Below are positions 39,655 to 49,227 of a DNA stretch of 64,000 nt, piece by piece (position 1 is the first letter of the stretch; every line of letters begins with the position of its first letter). Below the pieces are notes generated by a model that ran no database searches, had not been told where the DNA came from, and was given only the letters and a program-made list of their open reading frames with translations. Source of the DNA: an uncultured Chloroflexia bacterium. GTDB lineage: Bacteria; Chloroflexota; Limnocylindria; Limnocylindrales; CSP1-4. A program made the position numbers and the translations under genes. Location of the stretch: contig CAVVJT010000004.1 in assembly GCA_963748625.1 (NCBI GenBank), positions 704,001-768,000 on the forward strand, read 5' to 3'.

Positions 39655-40326
39655 TTATCCGCCGCCGCGGTCAAGCCGGTGCTTGGCGACGAACGCTGCA
39701 GCCTGGGCGCGACGCTCGAGGTTCAGCTTGGAGAGGATGGAGCTGACGTAGTTCTTGACCGTCTTGTCGGAGAGGAAGACCTCCGACGCGATCTCCTTGT
39801 TCGTCTTGCCCTCGGCGACCAGCAGCAGGATGCGCTGCTCCTGTGCCGTGAGCTGCGCCATCTCGTCGGTGTAGGCACCGGTCGCGATGCGCCGGACGCG
39901 CTCCAGCACCTTCTCGGTGACCGCGGGATCGAGGAGGGACTCGCCGCGCCCGACGGACTCGAGCGCAGCCACGAGATCGCGCGCCCGGATCTGCTTGAGC
40001 AGGTAGCCTGAGGCCCCGGCCACGATGGCGGACAGCACCGCCTCCTCGTCCGGGTACGACGTGAGCATCACCACCCGCGTCGCCGGCAGCTCCGCGCGGA
40101 TCTCGCGGCACGCCTCGATCCCCGAGCCATCCGGCAGACGGACGTCCATGATGACGATGTCCGGCTGGAAGCGACGGGCCTGCTCGATGGACTCGGCCGC
40201 GGTCCCGGCCTCCGCGACGACCTGGAAGCCCTCGCGGCGATCGAGCAGGGCCACGAGTCCCTGCCGCACGACCTCATGGTCGTCGACCACGAGCAGCCGC
40301 AGCGGTCGCGAATTGGGATCAGTCAC
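39655..40326 (-). CDS. NarL/LuxR response regulator, DosR/DevR-like
   Basis: VDDHEVVRQGL, DVRLPDGSG, GASGYLLK, TNKEIA..LSDKTVKNYVSSILSKL. Confidence 0.92.
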   Translation of the reverse strand: MTDPNSRPLRLLVVDDHEVVRQGLVALLDRREGFQVVAEAGTAAESIEQARRFQPDIVIMDVRLPDGSGIEACREIRAELPATRVVMLTSYPDEEAVLSAIVAGASGYLLKQIRARDLVAALESVGRGESLLDPAVTEKVLERVRRIATGAYTDEMAQLTAQEQRILLLVAEGKTNKEIASEVFLSDKTVKNYVSSILSKLNLERRAQAAAFVAKHRLDRGGG

Positions 40327-40328
40327 GA

Positions 40329-41954
40329 TCAGCTCTCTCCGGTGGCGGCGATGGGACGCTCGAAGGTCGCGGCACCCGTGAGCGCCGGGATGCGGACGAT
40401 GATACGCGTGCCGGGGCCATCGGGGCGCTCCACCGCGAATGTCCCTCCCATACCGACGGAGCGGTCACGCATGTTGGTCAGGCCCTGGTGGCGGCCGAAG
40501 GCATCGGGGCCCGCGACAGTGAGCGGGTCGAAGCCGCGTCCGTTGTCCTCGATGCACAGCACCAGCTGGTCATCGTCGTCGGCAAGGATCAGCGCTGTTC
40601 GCGTGGCACCGGAGTGCCGGGCGACATTCGAGAGCGCCTCGCGCGCGATGAACAGCAGGTCGGATCGCTGGTCCGGAGGCAGCGCCCGCATCCGGTCCGC
40701 GCCGCCCTCGAGATCCACCTCGAGGTCGATCACGGCGTGCATGCCCAACTCCTCGCCGAGGCGGGCGAGGGCCTCCACCGGGTCCTCGGGGCCGCCCAGG
40801 GCCGGCCGCAGGCGGAGGATGTAGGACCGGATGTCCGCGATCACGAGGTTCAGGGCATCGATCGCCCGGTCGACCCTGGCGATGGCGTCGGCGCGACCGT
40901 CCTCATCCTCCACGAGCTCCGGCACGTCCTCGAGCGCGAGGCCCACGGCGTAGATGCTCTGGATGATCCCGTCGTGGAGGTCCTTGCCGATCCGCTCCCG
41001 CTCCTCGACCACCGCCATTCGCTGCACCTGGTCGTGCAGGCGCGCGTTCTCGATGGCGATGCCCGCGTGGACCGCGAACATCTCGACCATCCGCTCGTCC
41101 TCGGTGGTGAACGGCTCGTCGCCGGGCTTGTCGGCGAGATACAGGTTGCCCACCGACCGTCCCTTGACCAGCACGGGTGCGCCCAGGAAGGACGTCATCA
41201 CCGGGTGGTGCGGGGGGAAACCGTAGCTGCCCGGATGCTGGGTGATGTCCTCGGAGCGGACGACCTGGGCCTCACGGATGATCAGGCCGAGCAGACCGTG
41301 CCCCTTGGGGACTGGGCCGATCGCCGCCCGATCCACAGCCGAGATCCCACTCGTGATGAAACGCTCGATCCGGCCCCGGCCATCGGCGATACCGAGCGCC
41401 GCGAACCGGGCGCCGACAAGGTCGCGCACGCGGTCCACGATCAGGCCGAGGACCCGGTCGATGTCCAGTTCGGCCGCGATGGCCCGGGTGGCCGACTCGA
41501 GTGCCACCAGGCGCTCGGCATGGCCGTGGGCCTCCGCCCCGGACCAGGCCGCCTCCACAACGAACTCCAGGCCGCGCGCAAGCTGCTCCGCACCGGCGTC
41601 GTCCGCAGCGTCCACGTGCACTGTGCCCAGCGTCGCGTGGCCGGCGTGCGCGCCGAGCGCGAAGCGGCGATAGTCCGCGAGGACGTCCGCAGCGGGCAGG
41701 GGCGCGAGGGTTCCGGCCGCCACCTGGAGCGCCTCGAGCGGCGGGGCGGATACGGCGAGGACCGCACCGTCGACACCCACCACGCGGAGTGTCCCCTCGA
41801 GGGCAGCCTGCAGCCCGGCGAGGTGTTCAGGCGTGCGTCCGGCCTGCCAGCGCTGCAGGGCCTCGAGCATCGCCACCATCGGGAAGGGACCCACACCAGC
41901 CGCTGCCGCAGCCGGTGCGGCAGGGCTCGTGACAGGTCGGCTGGAAGCGGTCAT
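40329..41954 (-). CDS. GAF-domain HisKA_3 sensor kinase, DosS/DosT-like
   Basis: GAF with HPGSYGFPPHHPVMTSFLGAP (heme-GAF signature as in DosS), RIGKDLHDGIIQ, DNGRGF, GLTNMRDR. Confidence 0.9.
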   Translation of the reverse strand: MTASSRPVTSPAAPAAAAAGVGPFPMVAMLEALQRWQAGRTPEHLAGLQAALEGTLRVVGVDGAVLAVSAPPLEALQVAAGTLAPLPAADVLADYRRFALGAHAGHATLGTVHVDAADDAGAEQLARGLEFVVEAAWSGAEAHGHAERLVALESATRAIAAELDIDRVLGLIVDRVRDLVGARFAALGIADGRGRIERFITSGISAVDRAAIGPVPKGHGLLGLIIREAQVVRSEDITQHPGSYGFPPHHPVMTSFLGAPVLVKGRSVGNLYLADKPGDEPFTTEDERMVEMFAVHAGIAIENARLHDQVQRMAVVEERERIGKDLHDGIIQSIYAVGLALEDVPELVEDEDGRADAIARVDRAIDALNLVIADIRSYILRLRPALGGPEDPVEALARLGEELGMHAVIDLEVDLEGGADRMRALPPDQRSDLLFIAREALSNVARHSGATRTALILADDDDQLVLCIEDNGRGFDPLTVAGPDAFGRHQGLTNMRDRSVGMGGTFAVERPDGPGTRIIVRIPALTGAATFERPIAATGES

Positions 41955-42009
41955 CGCCCGCAGCCTACCAGCCAGCGCCAGAGGACGGGGCACCGGGCAC
42001 AGCGCCTTC

Positions 42010-42023
42010 GGGCCATTGGTCAC
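42010..42023. promoter_or_regulatory. DosR-like box in the divergent kinase/oxidase promoter
   Basis: gggccattggtcac. Confidence 0.55.
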
Positions 42024-42100
42024 TTCGCAGGGTACGCTTGTGCCCGGAACATTCCCCAATCCAACGTCGCGAGATCCTCGCCCACACGACAGGAGTGCCC

Positions 42101-43504
42101 GTGCCCGTGGAGCCGACCGTCTCCCTCACGCCCGCGTCCCCGGCCGAGTCCGAGCAGGACGGCGCCACCGCCACATCCCCGCTGAGCCGCCGCGGGTTCT
42201 TGCGCGTCGCCGGCCTGACCGGTGTCGCTGCGGCCGCTGCCGCCTGCGCCCCGGCCGCCGCCCCGGCCTGGAGCTTCGGTGCCCCGGCGAGCGGTGGGGC
42301 CGCCACCGCGGTTCCGGCGTCGGTCGCCCCGTCCGTCGCACCGTCGGTCGCACCGTCGGTCGCCCCGTCCGTCGCACCGTCGGTCGCACCGTCGGTCGCA
42401 CCGTCGGCTGACCCGAACATGCCGGTCGGCTGGACCGAGCACGACATCAACGCCCGCAACGTCGTCCGCCGCTACGTGGGCAACCTCGCCCCGGCGCTCA
42501 AGGGCATCTTCGACCCGGTTGACCCCGCCATCTTCGAGAAGCTTGCGGAGATCCTCGGTGCCGCGGACGGCTACCCGGAGCTCTCCCAGCCGCCGGCCTT
42601 CGTCCAGGTCCCGCAGTTGATCCTCAACGACGCACTCACGCCGCTCACCCCCACCATGGATGGCGACGTGAAAGTGTTCGAGCTCACGGTCGACGAGTTC
42701 ATGTGGCCCATCGACGAGCTGAAGGCCCCGGTCGCGGCACTCGGTTACAACGCCCAGTGGCCCGGCCCCACGATCACGGTCACCGAGGGTGACAAGCTCC
42801 GGTTCAACTTCACCAACAACCTCAAGGAGACCACGGGCGTCCACTTCCACGGTGTGGAGTTCGCCAACTTCTTCGAGGACGGCGTGCCGTTCGTCACGCA
42901 GCTGCCGATCATCCCCGGCGAGACGTACCCGTACACCTTCGATGCCAGCCGTGACGGCTCCCTGATGTACCACTCGCACCACAACGCGACCGACCAGGTC
43001 GGCCGCGGCCTCCTCGGAGGCTTCGTGGTCAACGCGAAGACGCCCAGCGACCGCTGGGACAGCGAGTACGTCTGGGTCTCCAACGACGCCCTCGGTGGCT
43101 TCACCATCAACGGCCACGGCTTCCCCGCCGTCGTCCCGGTCCTCGCGTACATCGGCGAGCGGATCCTGGTCCGCTTCATGAACGAGGGCTCGATGATGCA
43201 TCCGTGGCACCTCCACGGCTTCAAGATGCGCGTCGTCGCCCGGGACGGCTACCCGCTCGGCGGGGCCGAGTTCGACTGCGACACCCTGGGCGTCAACCCG
43301 GGTGAGCGCTTCGATGTGATCATCACGGCCGACCGGCCGGGCATCTGGGCGTTCCACTGCCACATCCTCCCCCACGTCGAGGGAGCGGACGGCATGTTCG
43401 GCATGGTGAGCACGCTGATGGTGCTGCCCACCAAGGCGGACAAGGACGCGGTGCTCAAGGCCGTCATCGACCAGTACAACCCCGCGCCCATCGTCACGGG
43501 GTAA
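42101..43504 (+). CDS. Tat-exported two-domain multicopper oxidase (lipoprotein)
   Basis: SRRGFL Tat motif and AAAC lipobox; HFHG, YHSH, HPWHLHG, HCHILPH...M. Confidence 0.9.
   Translation: MPVEPTVSLTPASPAESEQDGATATSPLSRRGFLRVAGLTGVAAAAAACAPAAAPAWSFGAPASGGAATAVPASVAPSVAPSVAPSVAPSVAPSVAPSVAPSADPNMPVGWTEHDINARNVVRRYVGNLAPALKGIFDPVDPAIFEKLAEILGAADGYPELSQPPAFVQVPQLILNDALTPLTPTMDGDVKVFELTVDEFMWPIDELKAPVAALGYNAQWPGPTITVTEGDKLRFNFTNNLKETTGVHFHGVEFANFFEDGVPFVTQLPIIPGETYPYTFDASRDGSLMYHSHHNATDQVGRGLLGGFVVNAKTPSDRWDSEYVWVSNDALGGFTINGHGFPAVVPVLAYIGERILVRFMNEGSMMHPWHLHGFKMRVVARDGYPLGGAEFDCDTLGVNPGERFDVIITADRPGIWAFHCHILPHVEGADGMFGMVSTLMVLPTKADKDAVLKAVIDQYNPAPIVTG
42323..42406 (+). repeat. 12-bp in-frame tandem repeat (VAPS x7)
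   Basis: gtcgc(c/a)ccgtc(c/g) x7 in an A-B-B-A-B-B-B pattern. Confidence 0.95.
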
Positions 43505-43509
43505 CGGTT

Positions 43510-44016
43510 GTGCCGACCCGGCCGGACACCAGTGCCGTGCCGCGCCAGGCACTGGCGAGTCCGCCCGCGTCCGGCGACCCGCGCAAGCTCCTGCTGGCCA
43601 CGGATCTCTCCGAGGCCAGCCAGGCGGCCACGGACGAGGCATTCGAGCTTGCGAAGCGGCTCGAGGCGTCGCTGCTCGTGGTCTCGGTGATCGACCCGGG
43701 AGCGCTGCAGTTGCCTGGAGGCCGGTTCCGCGCCCGTGTCGACCAGGTCCGGGAGCGGCGTGAGCAGCAGGCGCAGGTCCTCGTGGAGCGTGGCCGCGCC
43801 GAGGGCGTGGACGTCTCGTTCCTCGTGTGGACTGGCGACCCGGGCGACATGATCGTCGAGGCGGCGGAGGCGGAGCGCGTGGACATGGTGCTCGTGGGCA
43901 GCCACGGGCGCGGTGCGGTCGGCCGGTTCTTCCTGGGCAGCGTGTCCGAGCACGTCGTCCGGCACGCCCCCTGCCCGGTCCTCGTGGTCCGGCCGAGGGA
44001 CCCGCTCAGCAACTAG
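43510..44016 (+). CDS. Universal stress protein
   Basis: LLLATDLS, LVGSHGRG, LGSVSEHVVRHAPCPVLVV. Confidence 0.93.
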   Translation: MPTRPDTSAVPRQALASPPASGDPRKLLLATDLSEASQAATDEAFELAKRLEASLLVVSVIDPGALQLPGGRFRARVDQVRERREQQAQVLVERGRAEGVDVSFLVWTGDPGDMIVEAAEAERVDMVLVGSHGRGAVGRFFLGSVSEHVVRHAPCPVLVVRPRDPLSN

Positions 44017-44405
44017 CCCAGAACGCCAGCGCGGTGCGCTGATGGGCCCCGACGGGCCCGTGGACGAGGGTGCTGCCCGAGTGCGCCATGTCACCTGCTC
44101 CCATCCCCTCCGGGAGCGCTCGGCGTCATGGCCACTCCGCCGGCTCCCGGGCTGCACGGGAGGATCCCGTGCTCGCCCTCTATGGCGGCGACGGATGGCA
44201 ATTTGTTCCCTGCGCACGGCCAGATCCGGCGACTTCGTCCCGGCACCCTCGCGATCCAGCAAACGGCTCCGGGTTCGTCGGGCGGGGGCCAGACGGGAAT
44301 CGTGCCGTTTGCCCGTTGTCCGGCCAGGTGGAGACTGCCACTGTGGTCGCGGCCCGATCGGCCAGCATCCACGGGCCGTCCCTGTCGACGAGCGAGGTGG
44401 TCACG

Positions 44406-45953
44406 ATGTGGAGCGCCCGAGCGATCCTGGTCGTCGCGGTGGCGGCTCCGGCCTTGGTCGGGCCCTTGCCAGCACCCTCCCATGGCGCCGCAGCGCCCGC
44501 GATGCCCTCCGATTTCAACGGCGACGGCTACGCGGATCTCGCGATCGGGGTGCCCGGCGAAGGACTCGGCCCGACCAGGCGGTATGCGGGCGCCGTCAAC
44601 GTCCTCTACGGCTCGCCGGGTGGGCTGACGGCGGCTGGCGACCAGTTCTGGAGCCAGGCCAGCGCCGGCGTCAAGGGTGTCGCCGAAGACAACGAGTGGT
44701 TTGGCAGCGCCCTCGCGTCCGGTGACTTCGACCGTGACGGATACGCGGATCTCGCCATCGGCGTCTGGGACCGCGTCGCGGGCTTCAGAGGTGCCGGCGC
44801 AGTCAGCGTGCTCTACGGCTCGGCCGCTGGCCTCACGGCCGATCGCGACCAGCGCTGGACCAAGGAGCATCTCGGGGCTGCCGTGGCGGCAGAGGAGGGC
44901 TTCGGGGACGTCCTTGCGGCCGGCGACCTCAACTCGGATGGCTACGACGACCTTGCCATCGGTGGCCCTGGCGAAGGCGCGTCCACGGGCATCGCCCGGA
45001 TCATGTTCGGAGGCCCGGACGGTCTCATCGCACAGGGGGCACTCACGCTCGAGGCGGCGCAGACGATCCCCGGCTATGACGGAGGTGACGGCGAGGTGTT
45101 CTACGGCGCCGCGCTCGCCATCGCCGACCTCGATGGGAACGGGCGCGCGGACCTGGCGATCGGCGTCCCCGGACATGACATCGGCGCCACCTTCGATGCC
45201 GGAGCGGTGAACGTCCTCTACGGAGGCGTGTCCGGCGTCGGGTCCGCGGGCACAGCCCTCTGGACGCGTGCCTCACCAGGCGTGGCCGGGAAGCCGGATT
45301 ACCAGGACGACTTCGGTGCGCCGCTCGTCGCCGGCGACTTCGACGGCGACGGGTACGCCGACCTGGGAATCGGGGTGGTCGGCGACATGACCGGCGGCCA
45401 CTGGGTCGGCGGTGCGGTCAACGTGCTCTACGGATCTCCGACGGGACTTGCCTCGACGCGCAACCAGCTCTGGCACCAGGACGTGCCGGGCGTCCCGGGC
45501 CGGAGCGGCGAGCACCAGTTCGGCGCCGCACTGGCCGCCAGCGATCTCGATGGCGACGGGCGCTCCGACCTCGCGATCGGCGCGCCGTGGGACACGACGT
45601 CCTGGGTGGGCTCGGTCACCGTCCTTTACGGGACCGCGAGCGGCCTGTCCACGACCGGCGTGCAGCGTTGGACGCAGGACAGCCGCGGCGTGCCGGGAGC
45701 CTCGGAGTCGACCGACCAGTTCGGATCGGCGCTCTCGATCGGCGACTTCGATGGCTCGGGCGTGGGCGACCTGGCCATTGGCGTCCCGTTCGAGTCGATC
45801 CACGCTCGACAGGAGGCCGGCCGGGTCGTCGTCATCTACGGGCGAGCAGGCGGTCTGAGCGCCGGCGGTGCCCAGTCGTGGAGCCAGCGGTCGGCGGGCG
45901 TCAAGGGCATCGCCCAAGCAGAGGACAGCTTCGGCAGCAGCCTGGCGCCCTGA
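44406..45953 (+). CDS. Secreted FG-GAP repeat (integrin-alpha-like beta-propeller) protein
   Basis: Signal peptide; about 7 repeats of FG...GDFDGDGYADLAIGxP...GAVNVLYG. Confidence 0.9.
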   Translation: MWSARAILVVAVAAPALVGPLPAPSHGAAAPAMPSDFNGDGYADLAIGVPGEGLGPTRRYAGAVNVLYGSPGGLTAAGDQFWSQASAGVKGVAEDNEWFGSALASGDFDRDGYADLAIGVWDRVAGFRGAGAVSVLYGSAAGLTADRDQRWTKEHLGAAVAAEEGFGDVLAAGDLNSDGYDDLAIGGPGEGASTGIARIMFGGPDGLIAQGALTLEAAQTIPGYDGGDGEVFYGAALAIADLDGNGRADLAIGVPGHDIGATFDAGAVNVLYGGVSGVGSAGTALWTRASPGVAGKPDYQDDFGAPLVAGDFDGDGYADLGIGVVGDMTGGHWVGGAVNVLYGSPTGLASTRNQLWHQDVPGVPGRSGEHQFGAALAASDLDGDGRSDLAIGAPWDTTSWVGSVTVLYGTASGLSTTGVQRWTQDSRGVPGASESTDQFGSALSIGDFDGSGVGDLAIGVPFESIHARQEAGRVVVIYGRAGGLSAGGAQSWSQRSAGVKGIAQAEDSFGSSLAP

Positions 45954-46021
45954 CCCGGCAGCAGCCTGGCGCCCTGACCCGGCAGCAGCCTGGCGCCCTG
46001 ACCCGGCAGCGGCCTGGCGCC
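45932..46021 (+). repeat. 24-bp tandem repeat (x3.75) spanning the FG-GAP stop codon
   Basis: cggcagcagcctggcgccctgacc x3 plus a partial copy. Confidence 0.95.
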
Positions 46022-46064
46022 GTAGGTTCCGCGGGCCACGGCCCATTGGGCGACGTCGCGCCGA

Positions 46065-46844
46065 CTACTTCGTGTAGACGCCCTCGGGATCGAGCTCCTC
46101 GCGGACCAGGCGCAGCTCCTCGGCGGTGGGGGCCGGCGTGACCGTGAGCGATGGGCTGATCTTCGGCTCCCAGGCGATCGTGGACCGGACCTCGTCAAGG
46201 GTCGCCCCCGGGTGCAGGAAGTCCAGCCGCATCTCGCCGGTCTCGTCGAAGTGCCAGATGCCGAGGTCCGTCACCACCACCGATGGTCCGCGCCCGTTCC
46301 AGCCGCCGGCCCTGCGGATCCTCTCGGCCTGCTCGGCGCCGCCGAGGTTGCCGGGCGAGGTCCGGAAGTCGATCTCCTTCACGAAGGAGCGCTGGGACTG
46401 GCGCATGATCACGAAGACCTGCTTCGCGTTGATCGCGATCTCGCAGGCGCCACCGGAGCCCGGGAGGCGTGTCTTGGGCGCGTTGTAGTCACCGATCACG
46501 GTGGAGTTGAGGTTGCCGAACCGGTCGATCTGGGCTGCGCCCAGGAACCCCACGTCGATGAGGCCGCGCTGCAGGTAGAACGCGAACAGCTCGAACATGG
46601 AGACCACGGCCGTGGCGCCGGTGACGATCGTCGGGTCACCGATGGACAGCGGCAGCCGCGCGGGCCGGGCACCGAAGACGCCGGCCTCGTACACGAGCTC
46701 CATGTCCGGGGCGATCGTCCGCTTGGCCAGGTTGACCGCGATGTTGGGCAGGCCCACGCCGACGAAGCAGACGTGCTGCCCCGCGAGCTCGCGGGCCGCC
46801 GCCACGATCATCATCTCGTTCTTGGTGAAGCCGAGGTCGCTCAT
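46065..46844 (-). CDS. CoA-transferase beta subunit (glutaconate CoA-transferase/PcaJ-like)
   Basis: FVGVGLP, YEAG, GFLGAAQIDRFGNLN, LPGSGGA. Confidence 0.9.
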   Translation of the reverse strand: MSDLGFTKNEMMIVAAARELAGQHVCFVGVGLPNIAVNLAKRTIAPDMELVYEAGVFGARPARLPLSIGDPTIVTGATAVVSMFELFAFYLQRGLIDVGFLGAAQIDRFGNLNSTVIGDYNAPKTRLPGSGGACEIAINAKQVFVIMRQSQRSFVKEIDFRTSPGNLGGAEQAERIRRAGGWNGRGPSVVVTDLGIWHFDETGEMRLDFLHPGATLDEVRSTIAWEPKISPSLTVTPAPTAEELRLVREELDPEGVYTK

Positions 46845-47767
46845 CGGTAGTCACCGTAGTCCACCGAGCCGGACGGAGCCGACCCGGGCTTGAGGGATGC
46901 GATCCGCTCGGCGCCCAGCTTCTGGACGTAGGCCTCGCGACCATCGAGGTCGTAGACCCACTCCCGCAGCCAGGCCTGGGTCTTCTCCTCGTCGCGCGAG
47001 ATCGGGTCCCAGTCCAGGTAGAAGCGGTTGTCACGGTCGTAGCGGCCCTGGACGTAGGAGGGATGGGCACCGAACGGGTCCACCACCACCGCGTCCACGA
47101 TCAGGCCGGGGATCACGGTGCGATTGGGATCCGCCCGGACCACCGACTCCTCGACCAGCTCCTCCACCACCACGATGACGCGGTCGGCGGCGAAGGCGGC
47201 CTCCTTCTGGCAGCCCAGCAGGCCCCAGATCTGGGTGTTGCCGTTGGCATCCGCACGCTGGGCGTGGATCACCGTCACGTCGGGGTTCAGCGGCGGGACC
47301 GCATAGACGACCTCGTCACTGTACGGGCTCTTGATCTCGCGGATCAGCGGGTTGGCCTTGGGCAGGTCGGTCTCGAAGTACGAGCGCAGCGGCATGAACG
47401 GCAGGTTGGCCGCCCCCGCGGTGTAGCGCGAGACCATGCCGAAGTGGCTGTACTCCTCCACCTCGAGCGGGGTGTCCACGACCAGGCTGGCGGGCTCGAT
47501 GCGCCTGCGGATGGCGTTGAGCCCGCCGACGCCGGGGTTGCCGAGCCAGGAGAAGATGAGCTTGCGGGCGACGCCGCCGGCGATCATCTGGTCGTAGATC
47601 AGGTCAGGGGTCATCCGGGCCAGCGTGAGGTCGCGCTTGCGCTGGCGGATGATCTCGTGACCGGCCGAGAAGCCGATGAGGTGCGTGAAGCCCTCGATCG
47701 CGACCGTGTCGCCGTCGCGGACGAGGTCCGTGACGGCATCGCGCATCGAGGCGACCTTGCCGGGCAT
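46841..47767 (-). CDS. CoA-transferase alpha subunit
   Basis: AIEGFTHLI, RMTPD, WLGNPGVG, HAQRAD..GN, GAHPS. Confidence 0.9.
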   Translation of the reverse strand: MPGKVASMRDAVTDLVRDGDTVAIEGFTHLIGFSAGHEIIRQRKRDLTLARMTPDLIYDQMIAGGVARKLIFSWLGNPGVGGLNAIRRRIEPASLVVDTPLEVEEYSHFGMVSRYTAGAANLPFMPLRSYFETDLPKANPLIREIKSPYSDEVVYAVPPLNPDVTVIHAQRADANGNTQIWGLLGCQKEAAFAADRVIVVVEELVEESVVRADPNRTVIPGLIVDAVVVDPFGAHPSYVQGRYDRDNRFYLDWDPISRDEEKTQAWLREWVYDLDGREAYVQKLGAERIASLKPGSAPSGSVDYGDYR

Positions 47768-47777
47768 GGCGCCAGCC

Positions 47778-49133
47778 TCAGCCGGCGCCGGTCGCGGCCG
47801 CCACGAGCCCCGCGGCGACCTCGGCATCCATCTCCGCCACATCGGTGGCCCGATGCAGCGCGACGTGCGCAACGGACTCCGAGAAGATCCGGATGGCGGT
47901 CTCCGCCTCCTCCTCGGTGACCACGAGCGGCGGCGACATGCGGACGCAGTCCTCACCCGCCTCGAGGACCAGGAGACCCCGGTCGAAGGCCTGCATCTGC
48001 ACGGCACCGGCGGTCTCGCCCGAGTCGAACTGGATGCCCACCATCAGGCCCTTGCCGCGGACGTCGCGGACCATGCCCGGGTACCTGCTCACCAGCGGCC
48101 GCAGGCCGTCCATGATCTGCGGCCCACGGACGGCCGCGTTGGCCATCAGGCCACCCTCGAGCAGCTTGATGGTCTCCAGGAGCGCGGCGAGCGCCACCGG
48201 GTTGCCGCCATAGGTGGAGCCGTGAGCGCCTGGACCCCAGGTCATCACCGACGACTTGGCGATCATCGCGCCCACCGGCATGCCCGAGCCGATGCCCTTG
48301 GCGGTCAGCAGGATGTCGGGCTCGACGTCCCAGTGCTCGATCGCCCACATCTTGCCCGTGCGCCCGGCGCCCGACTGGACCTCGTCGGCGATCAGCAGGA
48401 TCCCGTGCCTGTCGCACAGGGCCCGCAGGCGCGGCAGGAAGTCGGCATGCGGGACGATGTAGCCACCCTCGCCCTGGATGGGCTCCACGATGATCGCGGC
48501 GAACTCGTCGGCCGGCATCAGGCGCTTGAAGATGCGGTTCTCGATCTCGTCAAGCCCGTCGAGGCCGTACGGGACGTGGTACACGCCGGGCAGCATCGGC
48601 CCGAAGTGGGCGTGGTACTTGGCCTTGGAGCCCGTGAGGCTCACGGCGCCCATCGTGCGGCCGTGGAAGGCGCCCAGGAACGCGATGACGTTCGGGCGGC
48701 GCGTGTGGTAGCGGGCGAGCTTGAGGCCCGCCTCGACAACCTCGGCGCCGCTGTTGCCGATGAAGACGCGGACCGGCTCCTTCATCGGGGCGAGCCGGCC
48801 AAGCTCGGCTGCCGCCTGCGCATAGATCGGCAGGTAGAAGTCGCTCGCGCTGAAGTGCTGGAGCTCGGCGGCCTGGCGCTGGATGGCCGCCACCACGGCG
48901 GGATGGCTGTGGCCGGTGGAGTTCACCGCAATCCCGGCCGCGAAGTCCAGGAAGAGGTTGCCGTCGATGTCCTCGACCCTGCAGCCGAGGCCGCGCACCG
49001 GGACGATCGGGTACGCACGGGGCAGCGACGGACTTGTCCAGGCGTGGTCGAACTCGATGTGCGCGCGGGCCTTGGGGCCGGGCGGCGGCGTCACGATGTC
49101 CGGCACGGGGCGCGCCTGGAGCGGGGTCGTCAC
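47778..49133 (-). CDS. Class-III aminotransferase (GABA/5-aminovalerate/acetylornithine type)
   Basis: LDFAAGIAV, NSGAE, FHGRT, EPIQGEGG, DEVQSGAGRTG, TAKG. Confidence 0.92.
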   Translation of the reverse strand: MTTPLQARPVPDIVTPPPGPKARAHIEFDHAWTSPSLPRAYPIVPVRGLGCRVEDIDGNLFLDFAAGIAVNSTGHSHPAVVAAIQRQAAELQHFSASDFYLPIYAQAAAELGRLAPMKEPVRVFIGNSGAEVVEAGLKLARYHTRRPNVIAFLGAFHGRTMGAVSLTGSKAKYHAHFGPMLPGVYHVPYGLDGLDEIENRIFKRLMPADEFAAIIVEPIQGEGGYIVPHADFLPRLRALCDRHGILLIADEVQSGAGRTGKMWAIEHWDVEPDILLTAKGIGSGMPVGAMIAKSSVMTWGPGAHGSTYGGNPVALAALLETIKLLEGGLMANAAVRGPQIMDGLRPLVSRYPGMVRDVRGKGLMVGIQFDSGETAGAVQMQAFDRGLLVLEAGEDCVRMSPPLVVTEEEAETAIRIFSESVAHVALHRATDVAEMDAEVAAGLVAAATGAG

Positions 49134-49157
49134 GGGATCTCCTCGCATGCGATGAAC

Positions 49158-49172
49158 GCATAGATGTTATGC
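49158..49172. promoter_or_regulatory. Palindromic operator candidate upstream of the aminotransferase
   Basis: GCATA-gatgt-TATGC in an AT-rich patch. Confidence 0.45.
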
Positions 49173-49227
49173 AGAGTGAATACGAGTCTACCAGAGCCGC
49201 ACGCCGTTCCGAGGCCTGTGACGCTCG

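Noticed and set aside
42101-43504. Copper nitrite reductase NirK
   Set aside because: The type-1 Cu Cys is in domain 2 and the HxH motifs for a trinuclear site are present, which fits a two-domain oxidase.
44020-44400. c-di-GMP riboswitch or N-terminal extension of the FG-GAP gene
   Set aside because: Only a gcaaacggc/gccgtttgc inverted repeat is present, without the GEMM consensus. The RBS and signal peptide support the ATG at 44406.
45932-46021. 24-bp repeats as a CRISPR array
   Set aside because: The units are directly adjacent with no spacers, there are no cas genes, and the unit is the gene's own 3' end.
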